From an uncultured Anaerolineaceae bacterium (GTDB lineage: Bacteria > Chloroflexota > Dehalococcoidia > Tepidiformales > Tepidiformaceae), in NCBI GenBank assembly GCA_964591745.1, contig CAZQCR010000001.1:1-44171 (forward strand): DNA of 44,171 nucleotides, written 5' to 3'. Made by a program: the position numbers and the translations under genes. The notes below the pieces were generated by a model, which searched no databases, was not told the origin of the DNA, and saw only the letters and a list, made by a program, of their open reading frames with translations. Numbering within the stretch: the stretch's first letter is position 1; every line of letters begins with the position of its first letter. Of the stretch, positions 1-6,730 are shown in pieces.

Positions 1-737
1 CCCTCGAAGAGGACTGTCGCGAAGACCGAACCCGCCAGCGCTTCGCCCCAGCCCGGCCGCGCGTTCGGCACATACCGGTAGAGCAGCAGGAACATCACGA
101 ACGAAACGGCGGCCGCCAGGAAATAGGAGGCCACCCGGAACATCTCGTTACTGTTTAGCGGGATTGGCCCGATCGAGCCCACACGGTCGACCACGATCTG
201 CAGCACCGCCGTGAGTGCCACCGAGAGCAGGATGAGCACGCCCAGGCAGGGGATCAGGGCGAAGTCCATCAACTTGCTCTGCCAGTAGGGCTGAGAGCGG
301 CGCCGGTGGCTGGCGGCGTTGAGGCCACGGCGCACCGCCGCGAAGATCCCGCTCGACGACCAGATCAGCGCCACCACACCGAGTCCCAACCCGGCCACGC
401 TAATGTCCCGCGAGCGCTGGAGCATCTCCCGCACGTTCTCGCGGACTGACTCCGTTTCCTCCAGCGGAAGCTGGTCGAAGACGAACTTCACGATCCGGTC
501 GTCTTCAATGACGAGCCCAAGAATGGAGAGAATCACAAGGCTGAGCGGCACCAGCGAAAAGAGCGCGTAGTAGGCGATGGCCGCCGCGTAGGTGCCGCAG
601 TGGTCCTGGAAGTACATCCGGAAGGTACTCGCCACGATCTGCCAGACGGTGCGAGCAAAGCCGAACGTTAGTCGACGTTCCGCCCTGGGCCGTCCTCCAC
701 CGAGGCGCGGCTTGATGCGCTGGCTCGTTTGCCTCAC
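1..737 (-). CDS. YihY/BrkB-family inner-membrane protein (C-terminus lies beyond the window edge)
   Basis: Absent from the ORF track because it runs off the left edge. My own minus-strand translation gives ..FGFARTVWQIVASTFRMYFQDHCGTYAAAIAYYALFSLVPLSLVILSILGLVIEDD...VAGLGLGVVALIWSSSGIFAAVRRGLN.., a typical YihY core. In-frame GTG at 737 (alternative 755); upstream in-frame stop at 765-767. Confidence 0.7.
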   Translation of the reverse strand, partial: MRQTSQRIKPRLGGGRPRAERRLTFGFARTVWQIVASTFRMYFQDHCGTYAAAIAYYALFSLVPLSLVILSILGLVIEDDRIVKFVFDQLPLEETESVRENVREMLQRSRDISVAGLGLGVVALIWSSSGIFAAVRRGLNAASHRRRSQPYWQSKLMDFALIPCLGVLILLSVALTAVLQIVVDRVGSIGPIPLNSNEMFRVASYFLAAAVSFVMFLLLYRYVPNARPGWGEALAGSVFATVLFE

Positions 738-797
738 CCGGCCATCATCACCCACAAGGGGATGTTAGACAAAGCAGGGGCCGCCCCGATTTCCCTG

Positions 798-1895
798 CTA
801 TCCGAGGCTGACCAGCTCCGCCATCACCCTGTCCCAGGCAGGAGCGATCCTCTCCCAGTCGAACCGCGCCGCCGACTCGGAGAGAAGGGTCCCGGTCACT
901 GGCGGGCGCGTGATCGCCGTTCGCAGCTTCGCGACGAACTCGCCTTCAGTCTCCCACAGGCACGCCCCGTGCAGCTCCTCCGGCACGAGAGCCGGGTAGT
1001 TGTACCGCGCCGGGACAACCGGCAGGCAGCCGCAGTACATCGCCTCCACGATCGCGATGCCGAAGAATTCGTGACGCGTCGTGCTCACCACGATGTCCGA
1101 TTCCCAGAGCAGCCTCGCGTACGCCGCTCGCGATTCCAGATGGCCGAAGTGGAAGAGCCGCTGGCCCAGGGCCGCCGGCAACGCGAGCATCTCTGGGACC
1201 GGTGTAAGCCCGGGTTCGCCGGCGACCGCCACCCGGAAGTCGAGCCCTTCGCCCGCGAGCCGGATTATGGCCCGGGCGAACACCTCCGGCGCCTTGTCGA
1301 ACTCCCAGCGGTGGTTCCAGAGGACCAGCGGTGGCCCAGGTAGCCTCGCGGCCGTGGGGCGAGCGGCCTCCAGCCAGTCGAGGTCGACACCGATCGGGAG
1401 GACGCTGCTCTTCGCCTCGATCCGCGGGATCTCCTCGGCAACCAGCCAGTTGTTCGGCTGAGCGGCGAGCGTTCGCAGCGCGCCAAGGAAGTCGTCCCTG
1501 TGGAACGCCGAGTTGAACGCGATCGCGTCCGCCGCCATCGCCGAAGCGTGGTTGATCTGGCCAAACCAGCTGTTCAACTTCGTGCCTCGGAGACGCGGGT
1601 AGGTGAACTGATTTTCGTGCAGGTAGTAGAGCACCGGCGTTTGCCCGAACCGCCGCCGCGCCAGGGCGAGGAACGCCGAGAGGTCCAGCATGTCGCTCGC
1701 GATCAGGAGGTCGAACGTGCCATGGCGCGCGAGCGCTTCGCGCGCCAGCTCCTGGGCTCCCCGCCGCATCCGCCGCCGCCACTCGCCCTCGGGCAACGTG
1801 AGCGGGACGATCTCGTGCCGGGAATGCGCGACCAGGCCATCGAGAAAAGCGCGGTGGCTCCCGCCGTAGAACGGTTCGAGAAAAAGGACGCGCAT
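798..1895 (-). CDS. DUF3524-type glycosyltransferase, homologue of eukaryotic GTDC1/QTMAN (tRNA-queuosine mannosyltransferase family)
   Basis: 365-aa ORF with high third-position GC. Motifs MRVLFLEPFYGGSH, YYLHENQFTYP, LWNHRWEFDKAPEVF and STTRHEFFGIAIVEAMYCGCLPV match my memory of GTDC1 along the whole length. Sits 9 nt downstream of the preceding gene. Confidence 0.85.
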   Translation of the reverse strand: MRVLFLEPFYGGSHRAFLDGLVAHSRHEIVPLTLPEGEWRRRMRRGAQELAREALARHGTFDLLIASDMLDLSAFLALARRRFGQTPVLYYLHENQFTYPRLRGTKLNSWFGQINHASAMAADAIAFNSAFHRDDFLGALRTLAAQPNNWLVAEEIPRIEAKSSVLPIGVDLDWLEAARPTAARLPGPPLVLWNHRWEFDKAPEVFARAIIRLAGEGLDFRVAVAGEPGLTPVPEMLALPAALGQRLFHFGHLESRAAYARLLWESDIVVSTTRHEFFGIAIVEAMYCGCLPVVPARYNYPALVPEELHGACLWETEGEFVAKLRTAITRPPVTGTLLSESAARFDWERIAPAWDRVMAELVSLG

Positions 1896-1904
1896 GGATG
1901 GCTA

Positions 1905-2285
1905 TTAGCGGCTGGCCGTTGGCCATTGGCAAGCGTCCATCAATGGAACCCTTGCGGCCGTCACTCCGGCGCCGGTTAGGCCGGCAGGGAGACGGGCCCA
2001 TCGACAGGCTCCGGGATAGCGTCCCCGTGGACGGAGTGCCGACTCCACCCAGACCGCCATCACCTCAGTCAGGTTGTGGAGGGCCTCTTCGGGCGTTTCG
2101 CCCGCCGTGACGCATCCGGGGAGTTCCGGGACCTCGCCGAGGTAGCCCTCGATCGGTTCACCGCGAATGACGCGGTGGTACGGTCGGCGGAGAATGGCGT
2201 CGATCTGCCGGTCGATCGCTTCATTCGTCCTCCGCTGTGCGAGCAGGCTGCGCCATGAGGCGGCCCTTTTCGGCTTTCTCCTCAC
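1905..2285 (-). CDS. HicB-like (UPF0150) antitoxin-fold protein, possibly frameshifted near its 3' end
   Basis: Core YHRVIRGEPIEGYLGEVPELPGCVTAGETPEEALHNLTEVMAVWVESAL is a HicB/UPF0150 signature. GTG at 2285 is preceded by GGGAAGG; the track start at 2405 would overlap the upstream gene. The expected ..HGDAIPEPVDGPVSLPA* tail is in the +1 frame from about 2030, with stop at 1976-1978. Confidence 0.5.
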   Translation of the reverse strand: MRRKPKRAASWRSLLAQRRTNEAIDRQIDAILRRPYHRVIRGEPIEGYLGEVPELPGCVTAGETPEEALHNLTEVMAVWVESALRPRGRYPGACRWARLPAGLTGAGVTAARVPLMDACQWPTASR

Positions 2286-2305
2286 CCCTTTGGCCTTCCC
2301 GCCCC

Positions 2306-2680
2306 CTAAAGGTGGCCCAGCTCCGAAAGCCGCAGGAGCGCGTCGTGCAGCTCTGAGTCTTCGTCGTCCACGGCCTTGTACTGGCTCACGCAGTGGCCGC
2401 CCCACTTCTCTACCAGGTACCAGTCGTCATCGATGATGAAGTCCGGCCGTGGGTCAACACGCGGATCCTTATCGAAGCAGCCATCGACGAGATGGCCGAG
2501 CCCGTGCATCGCCACAACCTTCTCGACGTAATCCTGCCCGCCCGCAGACCACACGTAGACCCCGTGACCGGCCGCCCGGATCTTCTCCATCACATCGTGC
2601 GCGCCCGGCCGGAGCGCGTTCACATGCTGGCTGGGGTAGACCAGGGTGTGGTCGACATCGAAGTACACGTTGATTCGCAA
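2306..2680 (-). CDS. small HAD-superfamily (DxDxT, NIF/FCP1-like) phosphatase
   Basis: 124 aa. N-terminal YFDVDHTLV (DxDxT nucleophile motif), VWSAGGQDYV (motif II-like) and acidic DFIIDDD (motif IV-like). Confidence 0.7.
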   Translation of the reverse strand: MRINVYFDVDHTLVYPSQHVNALRPGAHDVMEKIRAAGHGVYVWSAGGQDYVEKVVAMHGLGHLVDGCFDKDPRVDPRPDFIIDDDWYLVEKWGGHCVSQYKAVDDEDSELHDALLRLSELGHL

Positions 2681-2713
2681 AGGCTATTGTCGTCTTTCTA
2701 GCGCTGGCGCCGA

Positions 2714-3139
2714 TCAGGCGTCGGCGATGTCGAGTCCCCAGACGGGGCGGTACCGCCAGGCGCGGACCCCGGCGAGGCGGATGTGGTGCTTCTTGGCCAG
2801 CTTCCTCGCCGCTCCGCTCTGGCCGAACGGCACGTAGAGGATCAGATCGCCGCATTCCGAATAGGGCTTCCAGCGGCTCAGCGCGCTTTCGTCGTTCACC
2901 GTGTCGGCGACTTCGATCTCCGCCATCAACTTCAGCCAGGTGCCCGGCCGGCGGACCGCGACGATGTGCGGGAAGAGCGCCTTGCCATCCTTCTCGCCGA
3001 CCGACATCCCGCCAGACGGCACGTTGACGATCGTCTCCAGGTCCGGGAACTCTTCGTTCGGGAAGGGGAACTTCAGGCGGGCCACGTCGGCGATGACGCC
3101 GGCCCTGCGCTGCTCACGGAGATACGGGACGGTGGCCAC
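2714..3139 (-). CDS. hypothetical protein (possible PD-(D/E)xK nuclease-like fold)
   Basis: ORF with GC-rich third positions. GAGGAG at 3145-3150 sits 5 nt before the GTG at 3139, so the track start at 3145 has no room for an SD. The segment FPHIVAV..x16..LMAEIEVAD resembles a nuclease core. I recognise no family. Confidence 0.55.
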   Translation of the reverse strand: MATVPYLREQRRAGVIADVARLKFPFPNEEFPDLETIVNVPSGGMSVGEKDGKALFPHIVAVRRPGTWLKLMAEIEVADTVNDESALSRWKPYSECGDLILYVPFGQSGAARKLAKKHHIRLAGVRAWRYRPVWGLDIADA

Positions 3140-3214
3140 GGGCACTCCTCGGCGAAAGGTTCGAACGTTGCGATTCTAGCGCGCCACCGTCTTAGCGGCA
3201 GGGCGCCCATCTGC

Positions 3215-4801
3215 TCACGGTCCGGCCTGGGCCACTTCCGGCTTCACCAGCGACCGAAACTGGTCGAAATTCTGGTGGAACTTCGTCGCGAGGTCGCTCA
3301 CGGTACGGTCGTAAGCCAGGGGGTCGGCCCATGTGTCCCGCGGCGTGAGCAGTGCGGTATCCACGCCCGGGCAATCAAGCGGCACGTCGAAGCCGAAGAT
3401 CGGATCCTTGCGGAAGGCCGCGTCGTCGAAGGCATCGTTCAGGATGGCCCGGACCATCTTGCGCGTCTCCTGGATGGCGATGCGCTTGCCCGTGCCGTAT
3501 GCGCCGCCCGTCCAGCCTGTGTTGATCAGCCACGTTCGCGCGCCCGTCCGCGCCAGCCGCTCCTGCAGCAGATCCGCGTAGACCGTCGGGTTAAGGGCCA
3601 TGAACGGCGCGCCAAAGCAGGGGCTGAACGTCGTTTTCGGCGCGGTCACGCCCATCTCTGTGCCCGCCAGCTTCGAGGTGTAGCCACTCAGGAAGTGGTA
3701 CAGCGTCTGGGCGTTGTCCAGCCGAGCGATCGGCGGGAGAACGCCGAACGCGTCCGCGGTCAGCAGGATGACGTGGCTCGGATGTGGCGCCACCTCACCT
3801 TCGTACACATGCGCCAGCGAATTTAGCGGGTAGCTTCCCCGCGTGTTCTCCGTGAACGCGTCGTCGTCAAGGTCGGGTTCGCGTTCGTCTTCGTCGAACA
3901 CCACGTTTTCCAGCAGCGTGCCGAAGCGGTGCGTCGTCTCGAAGATGTCTGGCTCCGCTTCCTTCGAAAGGCGGATCACCTTGGCGTAGCAGCCGCCTTC
4001 GATGTTAAAGATCCCGTCGTTCGTCCATGCGTGTTCGTCGTCGCCGATCAGCAGCCGCTCCGGGTCCGTGCTCAGCGTCGTCTTGCCCGTGCCGGAAAGA
4101 CCGAAGAAGACCGCCGTCTTCCCCGTCCGCGGGTCCACGTTGGCCGCCGAGTGCAACGAGAGCACGCCTTCCAGCGGCAGGTAGTAGTTCATCGCCGTGA
4201 AGACGGCTTTCTTCATCTCGCCGGCGTAGGCCGTGCCCGCGATGAGGATGACGCCGTCAGTGACGTTCAGCGCCACGACAGCTTCGCTGCGAACGCCATC
4301 CCCTTCGCCCTCAAGCTGGAGGAACGGGGCGTGGAGGATCGTGATGTCCGGGTGCACGCCATCCGCCAGCGGCGCGCCCGGGATGAACATCGTCCGCGCG
4401 AACATGCTGTGGTACGCCTGTTCGCAGACGACGCGGACCGTGCGCCGGTGCTCAGGGTCCTGCGAGACGAAGCAGTCCTGGACGTAGACATCCCGCTCCT
4501 GGAGATAGGCAACGATCCGCTCCTTCACCCGTTCGTAGGTGTCGGGCGACATCGCCTGGTTGTGCTGGCCCCACCACACGTGCTCAGAGATCGACGGCGT
4601 CTTTACGACGAACTTGTCGTCCGGGCTGCGGCCCGTGCGCAGGCCGCTGCGGACGGCGAACGTGCCCCCCTGCAGCAGCTTGCCTTCGCCACGGCGGACC
4701 ATGTGTTCATAGAGGACGGGGGTAGAGAGGTTCCGGTGCACCGTGGGCGCTTTGGCCATCACACTTGTACTGAGGTCGCGCGTTACCTGCTCAACCGGCA
4801 T
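3215..4801 (-). CDS. pckA: phosphoenolpyruvate carboxykinase (ATP)
   Basis: 528 aa. Kinase-1a loop GLSGTGKTTLS, TGRSPDDKF, IGDDEHAW and EGGCYAK. SD GAGAGGGA lies upstream of the ATG at 4801. Confidence 0.96.
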   Translation of the reverse strand: MPVEQVTRDLSTSVMAKAPTVHRNLSTPVLYEHMVRRGEGKLLQGGTFAVRSGLRTGRSPDDKFVVKTPSISEHVWWGQHNQAMSPDTYERVKERIVAYLQERDVYVQDCFVSQDPEHRRTVRVVCEQAYHSMFARTMFIPGAPLADGVHPDITILHAPFLQLEGEGDGVRSEAVVALNVTDGVILIAGTAYAGEMKKAVFTAMNYYLPLEGVLSLHSAANVDPRTGKTAVFFGLSGTGKTTLSTDPERLLIGDDEHAWTNDGIFNIEGGCYAKVIRLSKEAEPDIFETTHRFGTLLENVVFDEDEREPDLDDDAFTENTRGSYPLNSLAHVYEGEVAPHPSHVILLTADAFGVLPPIARLDNAQTLYHFLSGYTSKLAGTEMGVTAPKTTFSPCFGAPFMALNPTVYADLLQERLARTGARTWLINTGWTGGAYGTGKRIAIQETRKMVRAILNDAFDDAAFRKDPIFGFDVPLDCPGVDTALLTPRDTWADPLAYDRTVSDLATKFHQNFDQFRSLVKPEVAQAGP

Positions 4802-5056
4802 CTGATCCCTCTCGAATTGACTCCCGTGAACACTACGCCGTTATAGCCCCACTGTGAAGGCTGGTGGGTGAGATATAGACGATATTGATAGCTGCGGTCA
4901 GTTCGATGTTCCCGGGAACGGGTGTCGGCGCAGCCCTCCGCCCGGTGATTGGCTACACGCATACCCCTCCGCCCTCAACTCGCCCCGCCTATCGAAGTGG
5001 CCCGGCGAGCGGCCATCCGGGAGAATGCTTTGCGGCGGTTGCCAGCGGGGACGGGA

Positions 5057-5926
5057 ATGTTGATGCCAGGGCTGTTCGTCGCTGTTTCCGAAGGGGTGAG
5101 CCTCCACGTCGTTGATGAAGGTGGAGACGGCCCGCCAGTCCTCGTCCCGACTGGCGCCGGTTACGCCTTCTACCAGAACACGTTCTCGCCGGCCCTGCGC
5201 GAACGTGTCCGCTTCATCCACGTAGAGATGCGCGGCACCGGCGCCTCGGCCGGCACGATCGAGGGCGCCACCTTTGCTTCGCTCGCCGACGATGTCGAGG
5301 CCGTTCGCGCCGCGATGGGGCTCGGCCCGGTCTTCGTCCTCGGCCATTCGAACCACGGCTGCATAGCCCTTGAGTACGCCCTCCGCCACGGGGCACACGT
5401 CGCGGGCGTCATCGCTGTCGGAAGCGGCCCCGACTTCAGCCGGGCGTTCAGCCTCGGCCAGGAGCTTTGGGCGAAGCGCGCCAGCGCGGAGGCCAAGGCG
5501 CGCCTCGCCGCGAACCTGGCGGCCTTCGAAGCGCTGGACACGGCAACCATGAGCGCTGACGACGCGATGCTGCGGCGCTACCTCGCCCTCTCACCCCTCG
5601 GCTGGCGCGATCCGTCGTTCGACGCAGCCCCGATCTGGGGCGGCTCACCGCGAGGCCTCGCTGCATACCTGGCCTGGATGATGGCCTTCGGCGCCACCTG
5701 GAACCTCGTCCCCCGCCTGCCCGAGATCACTGTCCCTGTCCTCGCCCTCAGCGGCCGCCACGACTACCTCTGCCCGGCCGAGCTCTGGGAGGACTCGATC
5801 GACCGTCTGCCCTGCGGCCAGCTCGTCGTCTTCGAGAACAGCGCCCACAACCCGCAGCACGAAGAAGCGGCGGCCTTCGACGCGGCGCTGTTGGCATTCG
5901 TCGATGCCGAGTGGTCTCCTTCGTAA
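5057..5926 (+). CDS. alpha/beta-fold hydrolase
   Basis: Nucleophile elbow GHSNHG, PVLVPTGAG near the N-terminus, C-terminal SAHNPQHEE (His motif). The track start at 4949 is TTG; the ATG at 5057 has GGGGACGGGA upstream and gives a typical N-terminus. Confidence 0.85.
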   Translation: MLMPGLFVAVSEGVSLHVVDEGGDGPPVLVPTGAGYAFYQNTFSPALRERVRFIHVEMRGTGASAGTIEGATFASLADDVEAVRAAMGLGPVFVLGHSNHGCIALEYALRHGAHVAGVIAVGSGPDFSRAFSLGQELWAKRASAEAKARLAANLAAFEALDTATMSADDAMLRRYLALSPLGWRDPSFDAAPIWGGSPRGLAAYLAWMMAFGATWNLVPRLPEITVPVLALSGRHDYLCPAELWEDSIDRLPCGQLVVFENSAHNPQHEEAAAFDAALLAFVDAEWSPS

Positions 5927-6077
5927 GAACGCCTCGTGAGCGCGCCCCCGCCCCTATCCCGAGCGTTGTCGAAGCCGTGGTTGTACCAGCGCCTGTTGGG
6001 GGAGTAAGCACATGTAGATCAGGGAGTTGTGTTGCCGGAGAAAGTGCATATGGGAGCGCCTGGGCGGTTTGACCCCC

Positions 6078-6590
6078 CTACGCCACGACCACCAGCGTGT
6101 CGCCCTCCGTCACCCGCGCGCCCTCGGCCACCAGGATCTCCTTCACCACGCCGTCCGCGGGCGACTTGATCTCGTTCTCCATCTTCATCGCTTCGAGGAG
6201 CAACAGGACGTCGCCGGCCTTGACGGCGTCGCCCGCCTTCGCCACCAGGCGGAGCACCTTGCCCGCGATCGGCGCGGTCACGCCACCCTTCACGCCAGAG
6301 CGCGGTACGGAGGCCGCCGCCGGGCCACGTGGCTCACGCGGCGCCGGGCCGCCGCCCAGCCGTCCCTCGTACTCGACCACGAACGGGCGATAGTCCACCT
6401 GCACGGTCATACCGCTTTCGCGCTCGCCCGCCGCCGGCAGGGCCACACGGTACTGGATATCCCCGGCCTTCACCGTGCGATAGGCGCCGTCGTCCTTCAC
6501 CGTGATCGCGAATTCCAGGCCGTCCACGACGACCTTCTCGCCCTTCACTTCAACGTCGTAGCTGCGTCCGCCGATCGTTACTTTGGCCAT
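6078..6590 (-). CDS. biotin carboxyl carrier / biotinyl-domain protein with an approximately 95-aa N-terminal extension
   Basis: C-terminal biotinylation motif LLLLEAMKMENEI inside a GDxVxxGDxL barrel. AGGAG lies 9 nt upstream of the ATG. Confidence 0.9.
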   Translation of the reverse strand: MAKVTIGGRSYDVEVKGEKVVVDGLEFAITVKDDGAYRTVKAGDIQYRVALPAAGERESGMTVQVDYRPFVVEYEGRLGGGPAPREPRGPAAASVPRSGVKGGVTAPIAGKVLRLVAKAGDAVKAGDVLLLLEAMKMENEIKSPADGVVKEILVAEGARVTEGDTLVVVA

Positions 6591-6603
6591 GTTGGTTAGC
6601 TCC

Positions 6604-6726
6604 TGGCTGCTAGCTGTTAGCTGTTAGTGGTACCACTGAGTCATGAGTCCTGAGTCCTGAGTCCTGAGTCCTGAGTCCTGAGTCCGAGGCCTGAGCACTC
6701 AGAACTAAGAACTAAGAACTCAGAAC
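6604..6726. repeat. three adjacent tandem heptanucleotide repeat blocks in an intercistronic spacer
   Basis: Read directly on the plus strand: TGGCTGC TAGCTGT TAGCTGT TAGTGGT (6604-6631); TGAGTCA plus 6x TGAGTCC (6637-6685); degenerate GAGGCC TGAGCAC; then TCAGAAC TAAGAAC TAAGAAC TCAGAAC (6699-6726). The region is lower in GC than its flanks. Confidence 0.95.
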
Positions 6727-6730
6727 TTCG

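Noticed and set aside
3158-3166. GGTTCGAAC, a T-loop-like string suggesting a tRNA between the hypothetical gene and pckA
   Set aside because: No acceptor, D or anticodon arms can be drawn from the flanking 70 nt, and the intergenic gap is only 69 nt.
6637-6685. The heptamer array as a CRISPR array, as a coding repeat, or as CcrM (GANTC) methylation sites
   Set aside because: There are no spacers between the repeats, and 7-nt units are far too short for CRISPR. Period 7 with stops in all plus-strand frames excludes coding. The GANTC/CcrM idea has no support, because CcrM is an alphaproteobacterial system and nothing here suggests that lineage. It is kept only as a side note.
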